From the NCBI RefSeq assembly GCF_004010195.1, contig NW_025215056.1:7789-60941 (forward strand): a DNA stretch of 53,153 nucleotides, in the 5' to 3' direction. Each line of letters opens with the position of its first letter. Within the stretch, counting starts at the first letter, position 1. The stretch is from Chiloscyllium plagiosum. Taxonomy: Eukaryota. The position numbers and the translations under genes are program-made. Below the pieces are notes generated by a model. It was not told where the DNA came from. It saw nothing but the letters and a program-made list of their open reading frames with translations, and made no database searches. Below are positions 26,950 through 39,375 of this stretch, one piece after another.

Positions 26950-28400
26950 CAGAATAATCAGCAAACAGTTAATCTGTGTGTCAAGCTGGAGAACATTGAT
27001 GGATTGTCCCATGAGACCTTCACATCTATTTTACTTGGGAGAAGGAGGATGCAGCTACAGAATTCAAGAAGATGGACTAGGAAGCTCTTGAACAGATTGA
27101 TGTAAAATACGAGCAGGGATTTGTGGTTTTGTTCTGTAAAAGACTTTGGGCCAATCTCCATGTCTGAATGAGTTTTATCACAGGCGGGTGTTGGGGTCAA
27201 CGGAAGAAAGACCCTGACTGAATATTTTAATTGAAATCTGACCATAGGGGAGGTGCCAGAGAACTGGAGAACTGCAAATACGATTCCACTTCACAGTAAG
27301 GGTGGAAGAGATTGACCAGGGAACTATATACGAGCGAGTATTAGATCACTGTTAAGGAAACTAATGGATAAAATAGGGAAGGAGAAAATCGAACTCCAAT
27401 CAGAGTTGCAAGAGTGATCAGGGATAATCATCATGACTTTATCAGGAGGAAGTCACATCCAATGGATTTGATTGAATTAGTTTGAGGGGGTCGATTAATT
27501 AGTTTTGGAGGAAGGCCTATGACACATTTCCACCTTGGAAACTGAAAAATAAAGTAAAATCTCACAATATGATGGATAACTTGACAAGTTACAATGAAAA
27601 TTGTCTTAGTAGCAGGAGGCAGAGGGCGGTGGGAGAAGACTGTTTGTGTGACTGGAGACCAGTGTCCCCTGGTGTACCACAGGGATCAGTGCTGTGTACA
27701 TTGTTGTTTGTGTTATTCATAACAAAATATAGATGTGAATTTGGAGGGGGCTAGGTGGAGAGTGGGGATGGTGTGATAAGTAAGTGTATGTTTGACATAA
27801 AGGTTGGCTGGGTGGTTCGCATTGAGGAGGAAGGCCTTGAGTTACAGGAAGGTGCAGATGGAATGGTCAGATGGGCACATCAATGGCAGATGGAATGTAA
27901 CCCTGATAAATATGAGGTGATGCACTTTGGGAAATGGAACCAGGCAGGGGAGGACTCAATGATTGGCAGAACACTGGGAAGCTCAGATTGTGCTTCTCCA
28001 CACATCCCTGAATGTGACTGGACAGGTTAATGCTTAAAAATGTGTTGCTGGAAAAGCACAGCAGGTCAGGCAGTATCAAAGGAGCACGAGAATCGATATT
28101 TCGGGCAGATTTCTGAAGAAGGTTTATGCCCGAAACGTTGATTCTGCTACTCCTTTGATGCTGCCTGTCCTGCTGCGCTTTTCCAGCAACACATTTTTTA
28201 AGCTCTGATCTCCAGCATCTGCAGTCCTCACTTTCTCCTGGACAGGTAAATGGACTAGTTAAGAATTGGACCTTGGGTGTAGCGTTTCCTAATCAGGCGT
28301 AGATTATAAGATGTATACAGGGCTTTGGTTCGGCCAAAATGGAGTACTGTATGTACCACTTGTGCGCCAAACAGCATAAGCAGTCAGCGATAGACAGAGC
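26950..28400 (+). mobile_element. Decayed CR1 LINE ORF2 (reverse transcriptase), interrupted by a PLE cassette
   Basis: GEVPENWRTAN, DWRPVSPGVPQGSVL and WAHQWQMECNPDKYEVMHFG motifs, with frameshifts and stops. Confidence 0.88.
28033..28237 (+). mobile_element. Palindromic non-autonomous PLE cassette with 15-bp TSD
   Basis: Same arms as the satellite cassette. Flanked by CTGGACAGGTTAATG (28018-28032) and CTGGACAGGTAAATG (28238-28252). Hammerhead CTGAAGA...GCCCGAAACGTTG at 28113-28140. Confidence 0.88.
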
Positions 28401-28479
28401 TAAGTGATCCCACAAAAGGAACGGTTCAGTTCTAAGCTCTGCAGTCCTTCCACATCTAGTCGAGAAACGTTGGGGACAA

Positions 28480-30200
28480 TGAAACAATTCACTGGAGGAA
28501 AGGATTCCACAAATAACCCCTTCCTCCATGATGGAAGAGCCCAGCACTTCAGTGTATAAGATAAGGCTGATGCATTCACAACAATCTTCAGTCAGAAGTG
28601 CTGAGTGGATGATCCATTTCAGCCTCCTCCAGTGGTCCTCAGCAATTCAGTTACCAGTCATCAACCAATTTGATTCAGTCCACGCGATATCCAGAAACGA
28701 TTGGAGATACTGGATACTCCATAGGTCCATAATCTGACAACATTCTGGCAATAGTACTGAAAACTTGTGCTCCATAACTTGCCACTCCCCTAGCCAAACT
28801 GTTTCATTACAGTTACAACAATGCCATTTCCTCCTTATGTGGAAAATTACCACAAGCATCTCCTGTATATGAAAAGCAAAACAAATCCAATCCGGCCAAA
28901 TACCACTTCATCAGTCTACTCTCGATCATCAGTAAAGTGGTGGAAGGTCTCAGTGCTTTTAAGCAGCAACCTGCACAGCAATACCCTTGTCAATGATGTC
29001 CAGTTTGGGCTCCACCAGGGCCACTAAGCTCCTGACCTCATTACCGTGGTTCAAACATGGACAAAAGAGCTGAATTCCAGAGGTGAGTTGAGAGCAGTAG
29101 CCCTTTAAATCAAGGCTGCATTCGACCATTTGTGGTATCAAGGGGCCTTAACAACACTGGAATGAATGGGTATCAGAGGGAAACTCCCTGCTGGTTAGAA
29201 TCATACATGACACGTATGAAGATGGTCATGGTTGATGAAGGTCAGTCAACTCAGTTCCAAATCTGTAGGAGTCCCTCGAGCAGTGACCGAAAACTTCTTC
29301 ATGGCTGCTTCATCAATGACCTTCCTTCCATTTTAAGGTCGAAAGTGGGGATGTTCGCCAATGATTGTACAATGTTCTGCAACATTTGTGGCTCCTCAGA
29401 TACTGAAGCAGTCTATGTTCAAATGCGACAAGACCTGAAGATATCCGGGATGACAAGCGGCAAGTAATATTCAGCTCACACGAATGCCAGACCGTGACCA
29501 TCACGAATAAAATACAATCTAACCTGCCCCTTGGCATTCAATGGTGTTACTCTCAATGAATCCCCCAGTATCAGATTCCTGGTGGGTAATCATTGCACAG
29601 AAACGCACTGGTCTAGCCACATGAACACAGTAACTATAAGAGCAGTTCCAAAGCTAGGAATACTGCGGCGAGTAACTCACATCCTGACTTCCAAAAATCT
29701 GTCCATCGTCTACAATGCATAAGCCAGAAGTGTAATAGGAGACTCCCAATTTGCCTGGATGAGTGCAGCCCCAACAACACTCAAGAAGCTTTATACTATC
29801 CAGGACAAAGCAGCCAGTTTGACTATCCCTTCATCCACAATGCTCCACCATCAACGCTCAGCAACAGCAGCAGTGTTTTACTATCTACAATGAAATGATT
29901 CACCAAAGATCCTCAGATACCATCTTCCCAACACACGACCATGTCTATCTAGAAGGACAAGGGCGACAGATGTATGGGAATACCATCATCTTCAGGTTCC
30001 CTCCAAGCCATTCACTATCCTGACTTGGAAATATATCACCGCTCCTTCACAGTCACTGGGTCAGAATCCTAGGATTCCCTTCCTAATGGCATTGGAGGTC
30101 AACCACAGCAGGTGGACTGCAACGTTCAACAAGGCAGCTGGCCACCACCTTCTCAAGGGCAACTAGGGACAGGCAATAAATGCTGGCCCCGTCAGTGACT
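28480..30200 (+). mobile_element. Decayed non-LTR retrotransposon (CR1/L2-group RT, second family), 3' portion
   Basis: KSNPAKYHFISLLSIISKV, QFGLHQGH, IKAAFD, FINDLPS and GMFANDCT (FADD box) motifs; 3' UTR ends ...AGGGCAACTAGGGACAGGCAATAAATGCTGGCC. Confidence 0.85.
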
Positions 30201-30244
30201 CCGAGATTCACGAAATAAATAAATATAAATTAACAGAGGACGGT

Positions 30245-31385
30245 TGCGGAGGTGTCACAGGTATCGGTGCTTGGGGCTCAGCTGTTCACAATGCCCTTTA
30301 AACATTTGGTTGCTGGAATCAGATACAATATATCCCAGCCTGCTGACAGCACTAACGGATGTGGGATTGTGAGTGGGTGAGCAGGATGTATAAAAACACT
30401 GAGAAGACTAAGACAAGTGGAGTGAATGGGTAAATACGTGACAGATGGAGAACAATGTGGATAGAGTTGATGATGTGCCCTTTGATGGAAATGATAAATT
30501 GGCAGCCTACCATTTGAAAGGGATTGGTTGAAACATGTTGATCTACAAAGGGACGTATGTTCCTTTTTGTTGTTTCCTTCTGCATAAACCTCTGAGGCCC
30601 CTGCAGCGCAGTGAGTTCTGCAACCAGAAGTCAATACTGGGCATGGCATTGGCACGCTGCCCAGTGTACACAGACCCACCAAGTGGGGAGCTGCAACACT
30701 GAAAAGGATCTGCATCTCCTTGCACACCTGTCGCTGGAAGTGATATTGCAGAAACAGAAAGCAGTGAGGACGATAAATGGTGTGTTGACCTTCATTTCAG
30801 GGGATGTGAGTCCAGGGGAAAAGGTGTCATACTGCAGTTGTACAGGGCCTTGGTGAGATATCAACTCGAACATTGTGCAGTATTGTGTGCAGTTTTGGTC
30901 TCCTTACCTAATAAAGGACAAACCTGACATTGATGGAGAGCAGTGAAGGATGACCAGACTGATTTCTGGGATGACGGGCTTGTTGTGGGAGCAGAGTTTG
31001 GGGTGACTTGGCCAGTATTCCGTTGGGGTTTAGGAAAATGAGTGGAGATCTCAGTGAAATATACAAACCTCTGACAGGGTGAGACAGATTGGAAGCAGGG
31101 ATGATAATTCCCCTGGCTGGGACTTCTAAAACAAGGGGCCACAGTATTAGGTACAGGCAGTCACTCTGCATTGAGATGAGAATAAATGTCTGCTCTCACT
31201 GACTGGGGAACCTCGGGAATTCGCTCGCACCTGGAAACCGAGACACTGATTATAAATAAGAATTTAGAGACAGTAAAGGGATGGTGGGAGAGCAGGCGTA
31301 CGGTGTGGAAATAAAGGGCCAACCATCATTTAATTGAATTGGTTAGCAAACTCGATGGACCAAACATACTACTGCACCGCCTATT
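30245..31385 (+). mobile_element. Decayed CR1 LINE 3' fragment
   Basis: GVTGIGAWGSAVH/VPQGSVLG-like start, LYRALVRYQLEHCA..VQFWSPYL motif and CR1-type 3' UTR. Confidence 0.75.
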
Positions 31386-31494
31386 TTATAGCTTCCCAAG
31401 GTTACTCACATTAACGGATATGTATATCGTGTGGGGTAAGTGCATTGAGGAGATTTTTTTCCATGAACTAGAATGGGGGAGGCTAAATGTGTTT

Positions 31495-31960
31495 TCCATT
31501 CCCGATGTTTCTGTGCAGTTTGTGGGAAAGCTCTGTAAATGCTGTCACAAGCTCTCAGATGTTAGGAAAGAGGTCCCTGCAGGGTCGACAGGACTGTGTT
31601 CCCATTCCCTTTCCGACATTGATGCTGAGGCCGGGTGTTCAGTCCGGTTTCATCCTTTCAGACCTCGGAGGAGTTTGATACAAATGAGTGCCTTGCTTCG
31701 CAATTTCATAGACCATTGAAATGTTTATCACATGTCAGCGTCTTTGGAGTCACTATTAGGCCAGCCCAGGAAATCATGGGAGATTCACTTCCTAAAAGTA
31801 CATTGGAGATGGAAATTCTGTTTACAATCCATATTGGCTTCAAGGTCACAGTTACTGACCCCAGATTTGAGATCTCGATATTTTATTAATTGTCTTTCCC
31901 TTCCACCGGCTGCCAAATCATTACCTTGGTCTGGATTAGTAATCCAGTAACATTTCCTCA
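31495..31960 (-). mobile_element. Decayed SINE-like element (tRNA-like head near 31950)
   Basis: Minus strand begins TGTTACTGGATTACTAATCCAGACC and ends TCCTGTCGACCCTGCAG...CTAACATCTGAGAGCTTGTG. It resembles shark tRNA-derived SINEs from memory; not verified. Confidence 0.45.
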
Positions 31961-32800
31961 ACAGCTCCATCTCCACATGGGGACTTGTCAGAAACCACAC
32001 TGAGCAGGTTATTTCTGTGCTGTTTGATAGTTTTGTCAAAAAGAACTCCCACCAATTTGACTGTCGTGATGGGACTGAGGGGCTAGTAATTGGTCAGATT
32101 GTAATTATTCCCGTGTTAATGGATGGGACTTAGCTGAGTAATTTTCCACATTGCCAGGGAGATGTCAGAGTTGGAGCTCGAATGAAAAAGTTCCCCAGGG
32201 ATACGGCTTGCTGTGCAGCACAAGTCTTTAGTCCTATTACAGGAATGGTGTCAGGGCTCATTGTCTGTGTCATGTTCAGCTGTTTCTTCATGTCACGTGC
32301 AATGAATCAAATTGGTTGAAGACTGGCATCTGTGATTTTGTGGCTATCATGATGAGGGTGAGGTGTATCATCGACTCAACACCCCTGGCTGAGAATGGTG
32401 CAGATAAAACATCCTTCTCTTTTACACTGATGTGTAGGTCTGTTCCATTATTTAGGATGGGGATGTTTGTGGAGTCCTCTCCTCCAGTCATTTGTTTAAT
32501 CGTCCATCATCATTTATGACTGAATATGACAGGACTGCAGTGCGTCGATCAGATCTGTTGGTCAAATCTGGTAGCTTTAATGAGTTAGCATCAGGTTAAA
32601 GTTCATGTGATTCTGACTCTGACATGTTCACCCACACTCGTCACTGAGCCGTAGATGGTGTTGATGGTAATGACAGACTGAGATGTCATCCTGGCAAAAA
32701 TTACAGGTTGTGGTTGAATGCTGTTCTGTTTCTCCTGCTGCTGTGGTCTACAGCTACATGAATACGCAGTTTTGAGCTGCAATATCTGCAATGCAATTCT
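31960..32800 (-). mobile_element. Fragment of the second LINE family, opposite strand
   Basis: ORF 32288-32491 TGGEDSTNIPILN...VFNQFDSLHV parallels 28490-28690 (GGKDSTNNPFL...INQFDSVH). Confidence 0.8.
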
Positions 32801-34043
32801 GCTGTCTGTTCCCCAATTCTCACTGAGACCCATTCACCCCTCAGCCCTGCACCCAGTGACCTAACCTGGTTTCTGATGTGGAAATACTTTCATTTTCATA
32901 CTCTCATTCTGCTGAGGGTCTCTCCCCGGGTCTTGCTTCCAATCTGACACATTCCGCAAAAGCATTTAACTGATCTTAATTCAAATGTTTAATTCACCTG
33001 AATCTTTTTCCTTGAGAAATACCATCTTCTGTGTTTAAAGTGAATGTTTTTCCTCGGTTTATTTCCCTGACCATGATAAAGAGCTCTGTAGTGTCAGTGA
33101 TGCCAGCGTTATGTAGTTGCAGAGCCAATGAATTCTCTGGATTCCCAAACATCTTCACCACATTGTATATTTTCTCTTTTGTTTTGATGCCTTATCACTC
33201 ATGGCTGCCTTGTCCTTCCATGAGTATGTTTCAAGTTCTTGGGATTGCATTTCTGGTATTATCTTCCGAATTATCCCCAGAACCTCCTCTCATTGCTGCT
33301 CCATGGTGTTGCCTGCTCAGCTCCCCTTCCAATTAACTCTGGCCAGCTAAGCGCGCATGTCTTTGTAGTTACATTGCTTAATTATAACCACATTACATCT
33401 TGAAGAGAGCGTTAGAAATAAACTGAAAGAATGAGTTTTGGGAGATGGGACACGAAGAATAATTGGTGGATTTTTTAACTGGATGCAAAGAGAGGACGAG
33501 AGAGAGGATATAGATATGGAGTTGTGGAAAATGAGAAAACTGCATTATCGAAAGAAGTAGATGAACATCCCCCAATGTTTTGGCAATGCCTGTGTGCTGT
33601 GGTCCTTTGTACAGTGCATGTACAACAGAGTAATATGTTCAAATGTTGAGTCTGATGCCAGAATATTTATCTCCAATAATATGACAGACACTAGTTTTGG
33701 AAAGAACCCAGCAGGCCAATATATTGAAGTCCCGGTAGAAAGAGGATTAACTGGAATAATTTGGGACAGCAGAATCAAGAATTTGGAGCACAAATCCTGG
33801 TAAGAATGAGAGATTCGAGGTGGGAATCCCAGAAAAGGAGGGAACGTTGAGAGGATCAAATCATGTTTTAATGTTTTATCAATTTTATACATCATATGCA
33901 TCATTTTTCGTTAACTTTGTCTCTGTTGTTCATTTACAATGTGTTGTGCACATATGAAAAATGCGACTTATCTGCACACACATTGATTAAACAATGTATA
34001 TAAAATCATTTTTCCGCCATTGAAACTGTCCTGTTGTCGTGTT

Positions 34044-34425
34044 ACGAAGATACATGAACACCAACTAGCCACCAAAAGACATGACGCACTATCACTATGT
34101 TCCATACATACAGACAAAGAAGGGCAGCACTTTGACTGGGACAAAGCACACACACATACTAAAACACGCAAGGACCTTCTTAGAGGAATGGTATCCTAAC
34201 CAGACGTCCATCAATACGCGCATCAATTTAGATCCTGTCTACATTCTCTTGTTAAAATAACCGGAAATGACATCACCCACTTTAAGAAACCAAGACCTAT
34301 AAATAGAGAGGAGGAACATACCACCAGCACTTCAGCAGATACTCTCACTGATGATGTCACCTAGTCATGGTGACGAAACTTCTGAAAACATACCTTCAAG
34401 CTCAGCGAGCTAACTTGCACACATA
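34044..34425 (+). mobile_element. 3' end of a second Penelope-like family (GIY-YIG C-terminal region plus hammerhead)
   Basis: KIHEHQLATKRHDALSLCSIHTDKEGQHFDWDK...HARTFLEEWY..SINTRINLDPVY followed by a terminal hammerhead. Confidence 0.8.
34345..34385 (+). ncRNA. Minimal type I hammerhead ribozyme motif
   Basis: TCA-CTGATGA-T-GTCACC-TAGTCAT-GGTGAC-GAAAC-TTC-TGA: canonical core, perfect 6-bp stem II, stem I TCA/TGA. Confidence 0.75.
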
Positions 34426-34731
34426 TAAATTGTTATATGTTGTTCATTAGTGGAATTTAGGAGTTCTCTGTCGCTCACGTTTTGACAGATTATGATGTGT
34501 GGTGAGCTTTTCTCGGTGTGTGGTTTTAATTAACAGAGGGGTTCGACATTGATGTCATAAGTTTGGGGCCTTGCCGTATGGCACTTGGACCGACTTGAAC
34601 AGATTTGAGATACAGCAGGTCCCAGCAAATTCCAACTCATTGCAATTAGTGACTTTGATCTTCAAATAAAACGTGTGGGAAAATCCGTTTAATTTTGTTA
34701 CTTGTGGTTGGTTAAATGAAAAGTGAGGGAA

Positions 34732-35880
34732 ATGGCTTTTAACATTACTAAAGAGGTTCCCAAATTTTCCAAAAAAGTTGAGAAAGACAGAAGGAGGACA
34801 TTTTTTTAGAATTAGCAAATAGGTTGGAATTGGGTTTAACCAGGGAGAAAAGAGAAGTTGAAATTGTAATGGAGTTGGTTAAGCACTTTGATGTATCAGA
34901 GAAATAGGCAAATGCAGTAGAGTTATAAAAACTTAAATTGCAAATGTGGCAACTGGAGTTAGAAGATAAATAAAGGGACGGAAACAGAGAGAGACGAAAG
35001 AGAAAGAGAGGAAAAAGAAAGAGAGAGAGGATTTGAAATTCAGAAGTTGGGAATTAGACAAGAAAGTTAAATTAACAGGATGGAGATGAAGGGAAAACGT
35101 AGGGATGTATAGAACTAGGTTAGTAACTTGCCATATTTCGGTGAGAAAATGTCAAAACCTTTCTTATTTCATTTGAAAGAATGGCTAGGCAGATGACGTG
35201 TCCAATGAACATGTGGGTAATGCGAATTCAGACTAAGCTGGTGGGCACAGCTGGTGAGGTATGTGCAGCGCTGTCAGATGAGGGATGAAGAGATTATCAA
35301 GATGTCAAATTGGCTATTTTGATTGGTTATGAATTGGTACTTGAAGCATATCGAAAGAAGTTCAGAAAAATAGAGACGGAACCAGGTCAGACTTATATTG
35401 AGTTTGAAAGAATTAACCACAGTCATTTTGACAGGTGGGTGCTGGCCATAAAAATAGATAAGACCTGTGAGGCTTGAAGGGAGATTAATCTGCTGGCGAT
35501 GTTAAAAGACTTACTTCCAGAGATAGTAAGAATTCATGTGAATGAATAGAAAGTTCAAGAAGTGAGAAGCGCGGCAGAAATGGCAGGTAAATATGCATTG
35601 GTGCATGAGATGAAATTTAGCTTCTGGCAGGAATTTCATCCTATGAGGGATAGAAATTGGGAGAAGGGACGACCACACATTACAAAGTGAACAGTAGCTC
35701 ACAATAGATTGCCACAGGGGAAAAAAGGAGCCCAAGGGGGTTGAAAGGTGGTGAAAGGCCTCAGGTGCTCTCACTACAACGGAGTGGAACACATAAAATT
35801 ACGGTGCTGGTGTTTTAAGAAGGGCACAGGGAAAAAGTTGCTTTCACTGCAGTAAGCAGGGACACACCATGCTGCGCGTT
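34732..35880 (+). pseudogene. Gypsy gag remnant (SCAN-like capsid region, zinc knuckles)
   Basis: GYELVLEAYRKKFRK motif; knuckle remnants RCSHYNGVEHIKLRCW and CFHCSKQGH; multiple stops. Confidence 0.75.
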
Positions 35881-35973
35881 AAAGGAAGACACTTTGGGGA
35901 AAGATGCGATAGGGGGAGAAGGACAAGAAGTTATAATTTTGTGAGATATGGGATCTGCTCAGTCTCTAATAGT

Positions 35974-36628
35974 TGAGACGTGAGGCGCCGGAAAAGCACA
36001 ACAGATCAGGCAGCATCCGAACAGCAGGACAATCGAATATCAGGCAGAAACCCATCGTCAGGAACATAGTGCGGGGACAAGGGGGCTGAAAGATAAATAC
36101 GAGGGTAGTAGCTGAGCTGGTGGGAGGGTCACTGGGAAGGCAATAAGAAGATGTAGGTGGGAGTGATAGTGATATGTCGGAGGGTAGTGTGGAGTCGATA
36201 GGTGCAAAGAAAGATGGCTAGTTAGGGCAGTCCAAGAGGGCAGTGCTCGGTTGAACGATTGGATCTGGCAGAGGTTGGTGGAGGCGAGATTTGGAATTTG
36301 GTGAAGTCAACGTTGATTCTATACAGTTTGAGGGTTCCAGCTGTCCTACCACCGATAGGAGTCCTATCACCCTCCTCTCCGACCTATCACCATCACACCC
36401 CACTTGCATCTACCTATCGCCTTCCAAGCTCCCTTCCACCCAGCTCCACCCCCACCCTCCCATTTATTTCTCAACCTCCTTCCCCCTCCCTTACCTCCCA
36501 CTTTTCTGATGAAGCATTTATGCCTGAAACGTCAACGCTCGTGCCTCTCGGATGCTGCCGACATGCTGTGCTTTTCCAGCCCCACACTTTTCAACTCCCA
36601 TCTCAAGCATCTGCAGCCCTCACTTTCT
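35974..36628. mobile_element. Inverted (palindromic) Penelope-like insertion inside the Gypsy protease
   Basis: Left arm is the inverted PLE 3' end (minus strand GTLKLYRINVDFTKF). Right arm ends CTGATGAAGCATTTATGCCTGAAACGTC...CACTTTCT. TSD CTCAGTCTCTAATAGT / CTCACCCTCTCATAGT (13/16). It splits RDMGSAQSLIV|R. Confidence 0.8.
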
Positions 36629-37189
36629 CTCACCCTCTCATAGTAAGAGAAGAAAGTTTTTTTCACTCTTTCTGTCATGTTAATCAAGTGCCTGATAATT
36701 TGTGGAATGGGGACAGAAATTAAGCATTCCCTTGTGTAACATCAGGATGGAATGCCAAATCAAGATTAGGGAAGTAATAGTGACAGTGAGTAACAGAGTG
36801 TCAGTTCCAGGAATACAGTTTGTTCTTGGGAACGAATAAGCAGGAGGCGAGGTGGGAGAGGCACCCCTTGTGGTGGAGATGCCAAAGGAAGACTAGGGAA
36901 TTGGTGAGTTAAAAGAAAATTACCCAGGAATTTTTCCAGACTATATAGTAACAAGATCCCACTGTCATAAGTTACAGCAGGAAGGAAAAACGAACGAAAA
37001 AGACAAATGGGTTGATGCTCAGTGAACTGACACCCTGTTTGATGTAACGGTGCAGGAAAAACCTGAACAGGCAGAGGATCAGGCAGAGGTGTTTCGTCCA
37101 GAAAGGCTAATGGACTTACAACAGATATATACACACACATACACATGCACACACACAGAAAAGGAATCAGAATATATTGTTGAACGTTA

Positions 37190-38290
37190 TTAACTTAAAG
37201 ATAGAATCATAAAATTAAAATGGAGACCCCGATAGGTTACTGCAGAAGGGAAATGGTCCGAAGTGCACCAGATTGTGTTAGCAGTAACGTACAGTGTTAC
37301 GGGTAGCTCATAAACGAACTGCAGGCGGTCACTTATGTGTACAGAAGACTCAGGCTAAGGTCCAGAAGCATTTCTAGTGGCCTGGAATGCACAAGGACGC
37401 TGTTAATTTTTGTCGTACGTGACATACATACCACATGGCAGGTTAGTAACAGGCAGTAATAAAACCAGCACCTTTCTTGCCAATTCCTACATTCGAAGAA
37501 CCTTGCACGCGGGTTATGATTAATTGTGTAGCTCCCCTTTCTCAAGTAAAAGTGGAAACCAATATTTGCTGAGCATAATGGATGCGTCTACCAGATTTCC
37601 AGAGGCAATTCTATTATTGGAGTGTCAAGGCAAAAAAAGAGGTGGAGGAGTTGGTAGCTTTCTTTACTCACTGTGGACTGCCCAGAGAGATTCAGTCAGA
37701 CCAAGGGTCTCATTTTACTACTCAGCTGTTTAAGGAAGTCATGGATGACTTAGGCATACAATACTTCAAATCAAGTGCTGTCCCATCCTGAATCTCAGGG
37801 AGCCTTGGAAAGTTAGCATCAGACGCTGAAGACTATGTTAACAGCGTACTGTCAGGGTTGGCCAAATGATTGGGATAAATGTGCCCCATTAAATTGTTTG
37901 CCATTAGAGATGCCCCAAATAAATCTACTCACTTTACTTCCTTTGAGTTAATATTCGAACATGAAGTGAGAGCTCCTTTGAAATTAATTAAATATAAATT
38001 GACAGGACCGAAGTTGGAAATCTCACACCTGGATTATGTGTATGAGGTGAAGGAGAGAGTAGATGGAGTAGGTGAGTTTGCTAAACAGTATCTGAAGAGC
38101 ACAACATAGAGTGAAGCAGGTGGCAGATAAAAACGCTGAAACTTTGAAGATTTCCCGTGGGGATGACTTATTAGTATTGCCACCAGTGGTAAGAAATCTC
38201 TTCAAAGCCAGGTTTAGTGTCCCCTTTCAAATTAAAAAAAATGTGGAGTCAGTTAAACTATCTAGTAAAGATACCAGAGATGACAAAAAA
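37190..38290 (+). pseudogene. Gypsy integrase remnant
   Basis: H..GGHL...KTQAKVQKHF*WPGM zinc-binding region, SGNQYLLSIMDASTRFPEAI, GLPREIQSDQGSHF and HPESQGALE. Confidence 0.9.
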
Positions 38291-38304
38291 ACTTGACTGA
38301 GTAT

Positions 38305-39190
38305 TTCATATGGATGAATAATGCACCAGCCACATTTAAGACTCAGAAACAGAGTTGTGGCCAGATGAACAAATGGATCATTTTATCTGTATGATGGAGT
38401 GTTCTTTAGCAAGTGATTGAAAGCTCACATGTTACAGTTGACAGAGCATGTTGAACGATTACAAGAAGCAAACTTGGTAATAAACTTAAAGAAAACCGAA
38501 CTCTCGAAGGCAGAGGTGACGTTCTTGGGATATTACATTGGTCATGGAAGGTTGCCGCCATGGAACACAAAAACGAAGGGCTTTGAGAAATGTCCACAAC
38601 CATCCTCGAAGAAAGAGGTGCTTCGATTTTTGGAACTGAGTGGATTCTATCGGAAGTTTGTTCCAAACTTCAGCAGCGTATTGGCACCACTGATGGATTT
38701 ATTAAAGAAGGAAACAGAATTGTGGTGGACAGAACAATGCCAGGAGGCATTTGAGAATTTTAAAGCAGGATTAATCACCGCACCAGTTTTAGATACACCA
38801 AATATTTTGAAACCCTTTGAAAATTGTGATTGATGCTCGGGATATAGGGGTAGGAGATGTATTGATACAAAAAGAGGATGATGGAATTGAATGGATAATT
38901 GGCTACTTGTCGAAAAAACTCAATATCCACCTGAAAAAAATACAAAATCTCCATTATTGAACAAGAATGATTAAGTTTCACACTGCCCTGACAATATTTT
39001 AATGTGTATATGACAAACAGATTGTCGGAGATGCTTGTGGACAACGACAAATCTCTCGCATTTATTGGAATATTTAAAAACCAGAATATGAGACTATTTC
39101 ATTGGAGTCTTACCTTACCGACTTTAAACTCACAAAATGTACATGCTGTGGCTCCTACAATGTGATAGCAGATGTGTTTTTGAGGATTTA
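38305..39190 (+). pseudogene. Gypsy reverse transcriptase (N-terminally deleted) / RNase H remnant
   Basis: MNNAPATF, YLYD (decayed YLDD) at 38384, VTFLGY, GFYRKFVPNFSSVLAPL, WTEQCQEAF, IDARDIGVG and NVIAD. Confidence 0.9.
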
Positions 39191-39375
39191 AAGGAAAGCA
39201 ATGTAGATAAGATTTGACTTATTCCAGTGTTGTACTGGTGTGCAGAATTAATATGAATGATATAACTGAGATTAATACTTTTGTATTTCATATAATTGGG
39301 ATAAAGAATTAGAGGAAAAGAAATGTAGCCATCTTTTCATTCTGCTGGTTCATTCTATTTTCTGAAGCGGGAAGA

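Noticed and set aside
31339..31719. 126-aa Cys-containing ORF with a possible splice acceptor at ~31518
   Set aside because: No recognisable domain; it lies antisense to a SINE/LINE-like segment.
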